Below, piece by piece: positions 16,023-25,335 of a stretch of 64,000 nucleotides of DNA. Each line of letters starts with the position of its first letter. The stretch's first letter is position 1. The notes beneath the pieces were generated by a model, which saw nothing but the letters and a program-made list of their open reading frames with translations, was not told the DNA's origin and ran no database searches. A program made the position numbers and the translations under genes. The stretch is taken from positions 70,933 through 134,932 of the forward strand of contig CAKJXZ020000003.1 of the NCBI GenBank assembly GCA_918234285.1, written 5' to 3'. Origin of the DNA: Pseudomonadota bacterium. GTDB lineage: Bacteria; Pseudomonadota; Alphaproteobacteria; RF32; CAG-239.

Positions 16023-16853
16023 ATGTCTCGAACGGTTTTATTGATGGTGGCATTAATGCTGCTGTTTATGTATGTCGGCAATCTCCTCGGCGGAGAAGAA
16101 GGTATGAAATCAGCGTTTTTGGCGGCTTGTGCCATGAACTTTGTCAGCTATTTTTTCAGCGACAAACTGGTCTTAAAACAATATAGCGCTAAAGAAGCCA
16201 CGGCACAGACAGCTCCGGAACTGTATCAGATTGTGCAGCGGCTTTCCGCCAAAGCCGGTTTACCGATGCCGAAAGTATACGTTATTCCGGAACAGGTGCC
16301 GAATGCTTTTGCTACCGGCCGTAGCCCGAGCCATGCCGCAGTTGCCGCCACTCAAGGCTTACTTAATTTAATGACGCCGGAAGAAATCGAGGGAGTTTTG
16401 GCCCACGAAATGAGCCATGTCAAACATCGTGATATTCTTATCGGCACCATTGCCGCAACTTTTGCCGGCGCCGTCGCCATGCTGGCCAATATGACCCGAT
16501 CAAGCTCAGGCAAGCAAAGTTCTTCCGGCAGTCGTCCCGGGATTTTGGCGGCGATATTGATGCCGATTGCCGCCACCATTATACGTATGACTATTTCACG
16601 CACCAGAGAATATAAAGCTGATGAAGGCGCCGCTTATCTGACCGGTCATCCCGAATGGCTGATGAGCGCACTTTCCAAACTCGAAGGATATTCACAAAAT
16701 TATCAAATGCAGAATGCTACTTCGCAAACCGCACACATGTTCATTGTCAATCCGTTTAACGGCCTGAGCAGCATATCACGGTTGTTTGCTACTCACCCGA
16801 GCACTAAAGACAGGCTGACCGCATTGGATAATATCCGCAAAAAAATGCACTAA
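16023..16853 (+). CDS. htpX: M48-family zinc protease HtpX
   Basis: HEMSHVKHRD zinc motif, TM helices, and HtpX-like overall organisation. Start at the ATG at 16023 (MSRTVLLMV). Confidence 0.9.
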   Translation: MSRTVLLMVALMLLFMYVGNLLGGEEGMKSAFLAACAMNFVSYFFSDKLVLKQYSAKEATAQTAPELYQIVQRLSAKAGLPMPKVYVIPEQVPNAFATGRSPSHAAVAATQGLLNLMTPEEIEGVLAHEMSHVKHRDILIGTIAATFAGAVAMLANMTRSSSGKQSSSGSRPGILAAILMPIAATIIRMTISRTREYKADEGAAYLTGHPEWLMSALSKLEGYSQNYQMQNATSQTAHMFIVNPFNGLSSISRLFATHPSTKDRLTALDNIRKKMH

Positions 16854-16871
16854 TCGAGTTTATATAAAACG

Positions 16872-16905
16872 AAAACCCCGGCATCTGTTCAATGCAGGGG
16901 TTTTT
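16872..16905. terminator. bidirectional terminator
   Basis: AAAACCCCGGCAT-loop-ATGCAGGGGTTTTT, between convergent genes. Confidence 0.65.
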
Positions 16906-16907
16906 GC

Positions 16908-17264
16908 TTATTTGCGCCGTTTTATACCGTTGATTGCATATACAACAGCACAGGCCATCGGCACTAAATAAAACCAATAGGTACCGATTTGCGTAATTCC
17001 GCCGCGAACTTGGGCCGAGAGGGTCAAGATCATCAAACCGATAATAATGAACAGAGTGGCAAACCAATACATCGAGGCATTATTCAGTTTTCGACGCTCT
17101 TCTTGGCGATAGGTTTTTTCGGCGGCAGAAAGCCTCATCTCACCATCATTCTGACGCCACCACGGATTCTTCTTTTTCCAGCTCAAATCGTAATAGAGCA
17201 TTACTAACGTGGCAACGATTGCCGTCAAAATAAACGGCATGCAAATAATTCTGATTTCCTCCAT
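16908..17264 (-). CDS. hypothetical small membrane protein
   Basis: Three hydrophobic helices. The start is uncertain (ATG at 17264 or 17240). Confidence 0.45.
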   Translation of the reverse strand: MEEIRIICMPFILTAIVATLVMLYYDLSWKKKNPWWRQNDGEMRLSAAEKTYRQEERRKLNNASMYWFATLFIIIGLMILTLSAQVRGGITQIGTYWFYLVPMACAVVYAINGIKRRK

Positions 17265-17347
17265 AATGATTGATTTATTTACATAATTATTCAGATTGTA
17301 AAACCAATGTAACATATTCAATGATTATTGCAAGGAATATTTTGTGA

Positions 17348-17622
17348 TTGCCGCGGTGTACCCCCGCAACAAGAAAAAAGTCGATTAAAGAGCTTAATAC
17401 GAAGAACGCCGTCTTGCGCGGTGTTCTGCAAAAGGAAAAAACTCGAATAGCGTGTATAAATACGCAGAAAGTCCTTTGACGCGGTGTACTTCACAACAAA
17501 AAAGTCCAGTTTCACAAAAAAACTCTTCTAATGAGGTTAATAGAAGTATACCGACTGCCGCGGTGTACAAAGTAGTACATAAGGCAATCGGTATACGATT
17601 AGTAACTCACTAGAAGAGTTTT
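17348..17622. repeat. family-A palindromic intergenic repeat: one full copy (17516..17622) plus three degenerate partial copies
   Basis: The full copy runs AAAAAACTC..AATGAGGTTAATAGAAG..CCGCGGTGTACAAAGTAGTACATAAGG..GATTAGTAACTCA..GAGTTTT. The core GCGGTGT(A/T)C recurs at about 17352, 17418, 17481 and 17561. Confidence 0.8.
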
Positions 17623-17627
17623 CCTAA

Positions 17628-18311
17628 TTAAAGATTTGCGGCATCAACCTTAACGCCCACACCCATAGTCGAACTGATTGAAATTTTCTTCAAATAAGTT
17701 CCTTTCAGGCTGGACGGTTTAGCCTTTAAAATCGTTTCAATGAACAATTTGGCATTGTCATAGATTTGATCACTGCTGAAGGAAGCCTTAGCCACACCGG
17801 CGTGAACAATACCGTTCTTTTCAACACGATATTGAACTTCACCGGCCTTGGCATTTTTAACAGCGGTAGCAACATCGGTAGTAACCGTACCGAGTTTCGG
17901 GTTCGGCATCAAGCCCTTCGGACCCAACACGCGAGCAACACGACCGGCCATACCCATCATATCCGGAGTTGCAATACATCTGTCAAAGTCAACCTTGCCG
18001 GCCAAGATTGAATCCACCAGGTTCTCGGCACCGATAATATCAGCACCGGCAGCCTTAGCTTCATCAGCCTTTTCGCCTTGTGCAAACACAGCCACGCGAA
18101 CGGTTTTGCCATTGCCGTGCGGCAACTGGCAAACACCGCGAATCATTTGATCGGCGTGTTTCGGATCAACACCTAAGTTAATTGCCAAATCGATGGTCTC
18201 ATCGAATTTTGCAGTTGCATTTTCTTTTACGATATTGATAGCGTCTTTCAAGCTGTAAGCCTGGTTCTTATCAATATTTTTATATGCATTTACTAATCTC
18301 TTTCCGCTCAT
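17628..18311 (-). CDS. rplA: 50S ribosomal protein uL1
   Basis: Typical L1 sequence (...[11 protein letters not shown]...LPHGNGK...). Confidence 0.95.
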   Translation of the reverse strand: MSGKRLVNAYKNIDKNQAYSLKDAINIVKENATAKFDETIDLAINLGVDPKHADQMIRGVCQLPHGNGKTVRVAVFAQGEKADEAKAAGADIIGAENLVDSILAGKVDFDRCIATPDMMGMAGRVARVLGPKGLMPNPKLGTVTTDVATAVKNAKAGEVQYRVEKNGIVHAGVAKASFSSDQIYDNAKLFIETILKAKPSSLKGTYLKKISISSTMGVGVKVDAANL

Positions 18312-18315
18312 CGAC

Positions 18316-18753
18316 TTACTCCGTTACTTCAATACCCATGGAAACAGCCTGACCTTTAACCATATTCATGGCGGATTCAACTGTTGAGCAGTTCAAATCC
18401 GGCATTTTGGTGGTGGCAATTTCTTTAACTTGCGCTAAAGTGATTTTGCCGGCAGACTTTTTGCCCGGTTCTTTAGATGCAGATTGAACACCGGCGGCTT
18501 TCTTAATCAAATAAGAAACCGGCGGCAACTTGGTGATGAACGTAAAGCTCTTATCATCGTAAGCGGTAATGATTACCGGCACCGGAACACCCGGCTCGAT
18601 TTTTTGCGTTTGTGCATTAAATGCTTTACAAAATTCCATAATGTTTAAGCCTTTTTGGCCCAAAGCAGGACCTACCGGCGGAGACGGATTCGCCTTACCC
18701 GCAGGTATTTGCAGCTTAATCAGACCTAAAATTTTCTTTTTAGATTTAGCCAT
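18316..18753 (-). CDS. rplK: 50S ribosomal protein uL11
   Basis: [46 protein letters not shown] is canonical L11. Confidence 0.95.
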   Translation of the reverse strand: MAKSKKKILGLIKLQIPAGKANPSPPVGPALGQKGLNIMEFCKAFNAQTQKIEPGVPVPVIITAYDDKSFTFITKLPPVSYLIKKAAGVQSASKEPGKKSAGKITLAQVKEIATTKMPDLNCSTVESAMNMVKGQAVSMGIEVTE

Positions 18754-19048
18754 TTTATACCTCTCTTAGGTTTGTGGTAAAGACAATGGCTTGTCCCCCA
18801 CAATATTATTAACACAAAACACCTCAAAAGACGATTCTCTCTCAAGATGCCTGCTCTGTATAACACATAAAGCGAAAATTGCAAGCATTTTTTTACTCAT
18901 CGGCGCAAAAAAAAACGCCCGACCGAGCAAAATTTAAGTTGTCTCGTTTTATTGTTAACTTTTATCGACGAAAACAAATTTTTTACTTGATTTTAGACAA
19001 AACAGATGTTATATTGAATTTAACAGATGATTTTTTAGGAGAATTAAT

Positions 19049-19783
19049 ATGAAAAATATGGAGATAATTCACACCAATCCGGAAAACGGAAATCCGGTTG
19101 TTGATGTGCATGAATATCGCGATGTTTTGGCGCACGAGCAAACCCTGAACCATAAAGAAGTTTTTGAATATTTTGCTTCCGTTACCGCCAATCCGCATAA
19201 AGTTGATGAAATGCTGGATAATCTGTTTCATCAGCCGGCAATGGAACAGGCCTATCGCCTCAGCCGCATTGATCCTGACTATGTAGAAGACTTTATTGCC
19301 GGAGTTAAGAAATTCCCGGAAATCGATAAAAGAAATCTGATTAATGAATTTTATGCCTCTTATGCCAGAGCAGCCAGCGCCGAAGAAGGATTTGTCGACG
19401 GTTTATCTTCAATCTCCGGCAATGAATGGCAGAGTTTAAGCGAAAACCTGGCAAAGCGTCCGAACCTTAAGCACCTTTCTCTCAGAATGATGGAGCCGGC
19501 AGAAAATATCCTTCCGCCGGATGTTAAACCGATAGAAAAAGAAGGCTTCGGCAAAAAGATTATGCGTTGGTTTGAAAAGAAAAAAGTCGACACCAAAGGC
19601 ATGAAAAATATTGCGGCAGGCATCGCAGCTGCGGTTGTATTAACTCCGGCCGCAATGAAGTTGATGAAATTAACCGCCAAAGAAGATTTTGCTAAAATCG
19701 CCAAGAACGAACAAAAATCCGCTCAACAGAATAATCAGGATATGAGCAAGGTTTATGATATGAACAAAAATGTTCGCTCTTAA
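19049..19783 (+). CDS. hypothetical protein with a C-terminal hydrophobic anchor
   Basis: AGGAG RBS 7 nt upstream. A soluble 190-aa part is followed by NIAAGIAAAVVLTPAAMKLM. No family recognised. Confidence 0.6.
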   Translation: MKNMEIIHTNPENGNPVVDVHEYRDVLAHEQTLNHKEVFEYFASVTANPHKVDEMLDNLFHQPAMEQAYRLSRIDPDYVEDFIAGVKKFPEIDKRNLINEFYASYARAASAEEGFVDGLSSISGNEWQSLSENLAKRPNLKHLSLRMMEPAENILPPDVKPIEKEGFGKKIMRWFEKKKVDTKGMKNIAAGIAAAVVLTPAAMKLMKLTAKEDFAKIAKNEQKSAQQNNQDMSKVYDMNKNVRS

Positions 19784-19802
19784 TTAACAATACTTATAAT
19801 TC

Positions 19803-19833
19803 AAGCCCCTTGTAACAACAAGGGGCTTTTTTT
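19803..19833. terminator. bidirectional terminator
   Basis: AAGCCCCTT-GTAACAAC-AAGGGGCTTTTTTT. Confidence 0.8.
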
Positions 19834-19849
19834 ATGCTTTGCGGCACAC

Positions 19850-20623
19850 TTATTTAATATAAGGCAAAGCGTTAACCAAATCTTCTTCGGTATTAATATC
19901 GGCCGGAGCTTCCTGCACCAGTTTGATATTATCCACCAACATGGCGCGCACTTCCATCCCGTTTTCGAGCGCCCGCAGCTGTTCCAAAGCTTCACGTTTT
20001 TCGAGCACCCCGGTCGGCAACGACACCATTTTCTGCAGCGATGCCGCTTTGAAAACATAAATACCGATGTGATAATACAAATCCTGATTCGGGCATTTTT
20101 CCGGATTACGCGTATATGGTGCGGTTGCACGCGTAAAATACAAACAACGTGCCTCTTTTTCGCCTTCTTTTAACCCCATAATGATTTTTACCACATTCGG
20201 ATTATTTTTATCTTCCTCAGTTTTAATCAGCATACCGCAAGTGGCAATATCGCAACCGGTACGCTCCACCATTTCGACAAGCGGCAACGTAACTTTCGGA
20301 TCGACATTGATGTTATCGCCCTGAAAATCCACCACTATATCATATTTTGTACCGTCCGGATCCAAAATTTTGAGCGCGGCGGCAATTCTGTCAGTACCGC
20401 TCGGCAGATTCGGGTCGGTTAAAATCGCGGTTGCGCCAAACTTTTTGCACTCATCGACAATCGCCTGGTCTCCGGCGGCGATGGCAACATCGGTATCAAG
20501 CGCATTTTTAACATTTTCATACACACGTTGCACCATGGTCTTACCGTTAATCACCCGCAACGGCTTATTCGGAAGTCTGGTGGCGGCCAATCTGACCGGC
20601 ATTAAAGTAATTACTCTGCTCAT
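19850..20623 (-). CDS. kdsB: 3-deoxy-manno-octulosonate cytidylyltransferase (CMP-KDO synthetase)
   Basis: PVRLAATRLPNKPL...SGTDRIAAA...QGD, a KdsB pattern of typical length. Confidence 0.88.
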   Translation of the reverse strand: MSRVITLMPVRLAATRLPNKPLRVINGKTMVQRVYENVKNALDTDVAIAAGDQAIVDECKKFGATAILTDPNLPSGTDRIAAALKILDPDGTKYDIVVDFQGDNINVDPKVTLPLVEMVERTGCDIATCGMLIKTEEDKNNPNVVKIIMGLKEGEKEARCLYFTRATAPYTRNPEKCPNQDLYYHIGIYVFKAASLQKMVSLPTGVLEKREALEQLRALENGMEVRAMLVDNIKLVQEAPADINTEEDLVNALPYIK

Positions 20624-20637
20624 TTTTTCGTCCTTTG

Positions 20638-21069
20638 TTAAAGTTGACCGTATTTAATATCTTTGGCTTGCGCCGTAAATTCTGCCTTTATTTTGGCGAT
20701 AATCTCCGCTTTTTGAGCCGGATCATATTTGCCGGTAGTGCGGTTCCACACCGTATCCGGCCACTCCGGATCGCCCTTTTGGCGACACACGATATGCACA
20801 TGCAGTTGCGGCGTCATATTACCAATCATTGCCACATTATCCTGGTCACAAGGAAAAAGCTTAAACATTACGCTCTCCGCCAAGGCAATTTCCCGCATCA
20901 GCTGAAACCTTTCATCCATGCTCAGATTCGTCATGTTTTTGGTATTTTCTTTTTTCGGCACCAAAAAAATCCACGGATAATGCTTATTATCCTCAAACAG
21001 AACGCGACACAATTTCAAATCCGTAATATAGTCTTTGGCCGCAAGTCCCGCCACAAGTTGAAAAGCCAT
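20638..21069 (-). CDS. HIT-family protein
   Basis: Histidine triad QLHVHIV near the C-terminal third. Confidence 0.85.
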   Translation of the reverse strand: MAFQLVAGLAAKDYITDLKLCRVLFEDNKHYPWIFLVPKKENTKNMTNLSMDERFQLMREIALAESVMFKLFPCDQDNVAMIGNMTPQLHVHIVCRQKGDPEWPDTVWNRTTGKYDPAQKAEIIAKIKAEFTAQAKDIKYGQL

Positions 21070-22050
21070 TTACAGTCCTCCCACACTTTTGATTTGTATA
21101 ATCTGTTGTACATCAATATTTTGCTCGGTGCAAAGACTTTTCACGGTTTTTCCGTTGGAAATTTCTTCCGCCGTCACTCCGGTTTCGACACACAAAATCG
21201 GGGCAATTCCCGCATTGACGGCGCCCTTAATATCGGTACGCACCGTATCCCCTATCATACAGGTTCGTTTTTTATTGACGGCAATTCCGTTTTCTTTCAG
21301 CAAAGCAAACGTATAATCATAAATATTGGCGTGCGGCTTGCCGTATTCCACTACCTCGGCGCCGCGTTCTCTGAACATTTCGGCAATGGTACCGTTGCGC
21401 ACCACAAACACCGCCTCTTTTTCCGGCACCAACGGATGCCCTTCTTTGGCAGTAAAATCCGGATTGGCATTTAAGACAGGCAAACCCAAACTGACCGCTT
21501 TCTCCACACGTGCGACAAACGGCTCGGCCGTGGTGGTATCCCATACTCTGCGCCCGTCGCTCTCGTTATTTTTTACCGGCCAATACATATCTTTATATTG
21601 CGGATACGCTGCCACATCTTCCTCATATAAAAACGGCACACCGCAATATATAAAGTCGGCTTCTTCCATTGTGGCAACTTCTTGATACGGCGTATCGGCA
21701 AAAGCTTTACCGTGCGGTTTACCGATTACATAATATTTGCGCGGATGCAAACATTTTGCAAAAACAATATCGGTTCTTATCAAATGCTGCCGCAACACAT
21801 CGCCCGACGACAGCATATAATTATAATCCCGCCCTTGTATCATTCCGCGCTTGCCGTAACTGCCGATTAAATCTTCTGCCATTTGCGTCGAATTTGAAAT
21901 CACAACCACCGTTTTGCCCTGCGCAACCAACGCTCGCATCGTTTCCAAACTGCCGGCATAAAACTTGTTTCCTTCCCAAAAAACACCGTAGGCATCAAAC
22001 AAGAACAAATCAAAACCGGCGGATATTTCGGCCAAATTATTATAAATCAT
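21070..22050 (-). CDS. HAD-superfamily hydrolase, subfamily IIA-like
   Basis: FLFDAYGVFW (DxxG-type motif I) ... MIGDTVRTDI (motif IV). Start at the ATG at 22050, overlapping the tilS stop. Confidence 0.78.
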   Translation of the reverse strand: MIYNNLAEISAGFDLFLFDAYGVFWEGNKFYAGSLETMRALVAQGKTVVVISNSTQMAEDLIGSYGKRGMIQGRDYNYMLSSGDVLRQHLIRTDIVFAKCLHPRKYYVIGKPHGKAFADTPYQEVATMEEADFIYCGVPFLYEEDVAAYPQYKDMYWPVKNNESDGRRVWDTTTAEPFVARVEKAVSLGLPVLNANPDFTAKEGHPLVPEKEAVFVVRNGTIAEMFRERGAEVVEYGKPHANIYDYTFALLKENGIAVNKKRTCMIGDTVRTDIKGAVNAGIAPILCVETGVTAEEISNGKTVKSLCTEQNIDVQQIIQIKSVGGL

Positions 22051-23110
22051 CTTTTGCTCCCGCCTTGTACAAAATCGCCACCCGTGCCTTATGCGGAATT
22101 TTCCGATTTTGAAATTGCCGATTCGCCGCAACAAAATCCTTCCATGCGGCACGGCTCGATTTACGCTTTGCCGTCAACTCCGGCACAACCCAAATTTTAT
22201 CGTATGCCTTAAAAATTTCTTTCCCGCCGAGAGTAAGCCCTGCAAACGGCAGTTTCTGTATGTGCTTGAGGGCATTAAGCAATCTTTCGGCGCGCGGAAT
22301 ATATTCACGCCGACACAAGCGTGCCAAAATCCTGAACTTGATTTCGTCGTGCCAGTTTAAAAAATCCGTATATTTAAAGCAATACACAGCATCGTCGATT
22401 GATTGCACCTGACCGGCAAAAACTTCATCGGCTTGCTTTTCGATATAATCTTCCGCACTTTGTAACCTCTTTGCCGTTTGCGCCAAACATTCGGCCGAAA
22501 TCTGTGTTGCTGCTTCCAATTGCGGCAAAAAAGCCCGGATCGAATTACGCAGATAACGCTTATCAAAATTGGATTCGTCCTGCACCCATTCAACCCCTTT
22601 TTGCCGCAGATAGGCCCGCATTACTTCCGGCTTAACCTGCAAAAGCGGCCGCAAAATCGACACTCCGTTGCGGTTGCTGATTTCGCGCATACAACACAGA
22701 CCTTCGAGCCCGCTGCCGCGTTGCAAACGCATTAAAAACGTTTCGGCCTGGTCTTGCAAATGATGCGCCGTCAGCAAAAACTCAACCTTGTTTTGCCGAC
22801 ACCATTCGGTCAGCAACTTATAGCGAGCAGTCCGCGCCGCCTCTTCTATTCCCGTAGTCGGTTTGGTTCCTTGCCAATACAAAATATGATGTTCGATTCC
22901 GTATTGTTGCATAATTTTTGCCACATATCGCGCCTCCTCTTCCGAACTCGGGCGCAACCCGTGACTGACTGTCAGCGCAATTATTTCATAACCGAAAACC
23001 GCTAATTGCTCTTTAGCCATTAAAACAAGCGCCAGAGAATCGGCGCCGCCCGATACGGCTACGGCGATTCTCTGGGCCTTAATTTTATATTTTGCGAAAA
23101 ATTCCTGCAA
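22040..23110 (-). CDS. tilS: tRNA(Ile)-lysidine synthetase
   Basis: PP-loop motif AVAVSGGADSLAL and TilS-like architecture. Confidence 0.9.
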   Translation of the reverse strand: MQEFFAKYKIKAQRIAVAVSGGADSLALVLMAKEQLAVFGYEIIALTVSHGLRPSSEEEARYVAKIMQQYGIEHHILYWQGTKPTTGIEEAARTARYKLLTEWCRQNKVEFLLTAHHLQDQAETFLMRLQRGSGLEGLCCMREISNRNGVSILRPLLQVKPEVMRAYLRQKGVEWVQDESNFDKRYLRNSIRAFLPQLEAATQISAECLAQTAKRLQSAEDYIEKQADEVFAGQVQSIDDAVYCFKYTDFLNWHDEIKFRILARLCRREYIPRAERLLNALKHIQKLPFAGLTLGGKEIFKAYDKIWVVPELTAKRKSSRAAWKDFVAANRQFQNRKIPHKARVAILYKAGAKDDL

Positions 23111-24067
23111 TTATTTATATCCGTGCAGAACCTCTTTACAGTTGAGTTTAATTTTCTCAACATTTACCTTGCTCTTCAGCTCGGCATTTGCCTTCGGATA
23201 TTCTTCATCAAAGTTCATCAAAACCAGACAAGCACGATGACTATCGTCCAGCAATACAAAAGTCGTACCTAAACGGTACAGACTGTCTGCACCTTTGTTA
23301 CCGTTCTTATAGTTATCGTAACCGTCTTTGAAGGCAACCTTAGCCTTGCTGTAATTACCGCGCTTCAAATAAACTTCGCCGAGCCAATACTGCGCATTGC
23401 TGGCCAAAGCATGGTTTGGAAAACGCTCCAAAATATCTTCATAAGCAATTTCTGCCTCGTCATACAAACCGGCATTATATGCTTTCATGGCATTATTATA
23501 AATGGTTTGCGCATCGTCGGCAGGCGCTTTCGGTGCCGGTGCCGGAGCAGGTTTCGGCGCGGCTGCTTTTGGAGCCGGTGCCGGAGCAGGTTTCGGTGCG
23601 GCTGCTTTCGGAGCCGGTTTTTCCAACGGAGCTAAATCCTTACCTTTGATTTTGTCGCCGGCAACGGACTCGGCCGCATCTTTAGCCACCGGTGCGTTAT
23701 AAACCGTCGGGAACCTCGGAACCGGTGCGCTTAAACTATCCGGAATCGGGCGACCTTCCAAAATTTTCAGGCGAATTTCCATATCGCGATTATATTTTTC
23801 GATTTTATCGTTATTCTCTTTGAGTTTATGATCCAACTCGTCCAAACGTCCGTTCAGTTTGCGAATCGCTTCATCATATTCACCGATTTTTCCCTGAACA
23901 TCACCGTTTGCCGAAGCCTTTCTTTCGTTCTCGCGATATAATTGACGTTGTAAAATCGTCACGTCTTCGCGTAAATTGGCAACTTCACGAGCCAAGTCAG
24001 CAGCGGAAGCAACATCAGCCAACATTACCCCGCACAAAGAAATCATACATAATTTAATAAGTTTCAT
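23111..24067 (-). CDS. cpoB: Tol-Pal system protein CpoB/YbgF
   Basis: Signal peptide, an N-terminal coiled coil, a Pro/Ala-rich linker with a tandem AAPKPAPAPAPK repeat, and C-terminal TPR repeats (YWLGEVYLKRGNY...). Confidence 0.85.
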   Translation of the reverse strand: MKLIKLCMISLCGVMLADVASAADLAREVANLREDVTILQRQLYRENERKASANGDVQGKIGEYDEAIRKLNGRLDELDHKLKENNDKIEKYNRDMEIRLKILEGRPIPDSLSAPVPRFPTVYNAPVAKDAAESVAGDKIKGKDLAPLEKPAPKAAAPKPAPAPAPKAAAPKPAPAPAPKAPADDAQTIYNNAMKAYNAGLYDEAEIAYEDILERFPNHALASNAQYWLGEVYLKRGNYSKAKVAFKDGYDNYKNGNKGADSLYRLGTTFVLLDDSHRACLVLMNFDEEYPKANAELKSKVNVEKIKLNCKEVLHGYK

Positions 24068-24169
24068 TTTCTACCTCGTTATTTGTTTTGCTATATGTTT
24101 TATAACGATTTTTTTCCGATATGACAAGTGTTTGCATAAATATACACAGTTTCATACTTCCGACAAAAG

Positions 24170-24586
24170 TCATTTAACAACCGTATAAAACAAAATAAGA
24201 CCTAGCAATCTGCATATTAAAACGCAGACCAACAAGAAAAATAACGGAGCAATCAACGCCCCAAAAAACACATTACCTTTAAACCGAGAATCACCGTCAT
24301 CCGAATCGCCATCAGAACTGTTATCAGGAGTCTGACGCCCCTTTCCATATCTCCGCTTACTGTCTTCATAAACACGAATTGCGTTGTCGCCGGAAAAATG
24401 ATAACTGCACTTGATGCAAACAGCGGCATCCGGCGGTAAATTCGCCTTGCATTTATCGCATACTTTATAAAATCGTTCGCCATTGTCATAAATTTTGCGA
24501 CCGCATCTGGAGCATACTCGATACAGCAACAACCAGTATGTTGCAACTTCGCGCTGACAATGGAAACAATAGTATCTTTTTTTCAT
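24170..24586 (-). CDS. double zinc-ribbon protein with a C-terminal TM anchor
   Basis: CFHC..17..CSRC and CDKC..11..CIKC pairs, followed by the hydrophobic tail VFFGALIAPLFFLLVCVLICRLLGLILF. Confidence 0.6.
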   Translation of the reverse strand: MKKRYYCFHCQREVATYWLLLYRVCSRCGRKIYDNGERFYKVCDKCKANLPPDAAVCIKCSYHFSGDNAIRVYEDSKRRYGKGRQTPDNSSDGDSDDGDSRFKGNVFFGALIAPLFFLLVCVLICRLLGLILFYTVVK

Positions 24587-24620
24587 GTGTTCCCTTTGGG
24601 TTGATTATTACAGACCGTAG

Positions 24621-24660
24621 AAAAAAACAAAAAAGACGCAACCGAATTAGTTGCGCCTTT
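24621..24660 (-). terminator. terminator after pal
   Basis: On the minus strand, GGCGCAAC-TAATTCG-GTTGCGTC followed by a T-run. Confidence 0.6.
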
Positions 24661-24685
24661 TAATGGATCTACCTTAAGTGTCGTA

Positions 24686-25150
24686 TTATTCAGCAGAGCT
24701 GACAACTGTAACGGCACGACGGTTTTGAGCCCAAGCTGCTTCGTTGCTGCCGAATACAGCCGGTCTTTCTTTACCGTAAGAAATCGTAGAGATTCTGTTT
24801 TCAGCAACACCTTGAGATACCAAGTAAGCTTTTACAGCGTTAGCACGGCGTTCACCCAATGCCAAGTTGTATTCGCGAGTACCTCTTTCATCGCAGTAAC
24901 CTTGAACGATTACATTTACATCGTCATGGCTCTTCAACCAAGCTGCCTGAGTATCCAAAGCTGCGCGAGCTTCAGCTGACAAAGCAGAGCTGTCTGTGTC
25001 AAAGAATACGGTATCCGTTGTGTTTTCAGCGAAAGAACGAGCGAGTCTGGATTCGCAGTCAGCACCGCTGAACAGACCACCGTCCGCACCAAATACAGAA
25101 CAACCCGATAAAGCTACAAGAGCTACGAACAAACTTAAAAGTTTTTTCAT
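24686..25150 (-). CDS. pal: peptidoglycan-associated lipoprotein Pal
   Basis: Lipobox LVALSGC and an OmpA-like domain (...GYCDERGTREYNLALGERRANAV...). Confidence 0.92.
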   Translation of the reverse strand: MKKLLSLFVALVALSGCSVFGADGGLFSGADCESRLARSFAENTTDTVFFDTDSSALSAEARAALDTQAAWLKSHDDVNVIVQGYCDERGTREYNLALGERRANAVKAYLVSQGVAENRISTISYGKERPAVFGSNEAAWAQNRRAVTVVSSAE

Positions 25151-25335
25151 TTTATTTTCTCCATATGGTTTTTTTAATATTTAATCGTATTGCTACGACC
25201 GTTTATTTAATTGTATAACAACTAATACATTGTTAACTTAGGTAATATTTGTAAATTTTTCAATAAGAAAAATAAAAAAATAGCAATAAAGTTAAAAACT
25301 GTGCATTATTTTTATATATTTTGGTTCTAAAAGGT

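Noticed and set aside
18754-18900. A ribosomal-protein L1 autoregulatory leader upstream of rplK.
   Set aside because: A hairpin and a plausible promoter are visible, but I cannot verify the 23S-mimic L1 binding motif by eye. It is mentioned only under the rplKA finding and is not annotated as a feature.
20635-21474. Long plus-strand ORF (279 aa), and similar long ORFs at 6245..6811, 31022..31798, 32655..33269, 34766..35398, 43334..44029, 50677..51333, 51437..52768, 53330..53959 and 58257..58835.
   Set aside because: All lie antisense to confidently recognised genes (HIT/HAD, sensor phosphatase, ATP-grasp, 7TM protein, porin, ftsK, TPR-methyltransferase, the 871-aa ORF, thioesterase). Their composition is odd, being Arg/His/Phe/Ile-rich. 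They are shadow ORFs.
23411-23702. Plus-strand ORFs with Gly/Ala/Arg/Cys repeats (23411..23635, 23416..23649 and 23502..23702).
   Set aside because: They are antisense to the Pro/Ala-rich tandem repeat (AAPKPAPAPAPK x2) of cpoB. They are artefacts of a low-complexity coding repeat.
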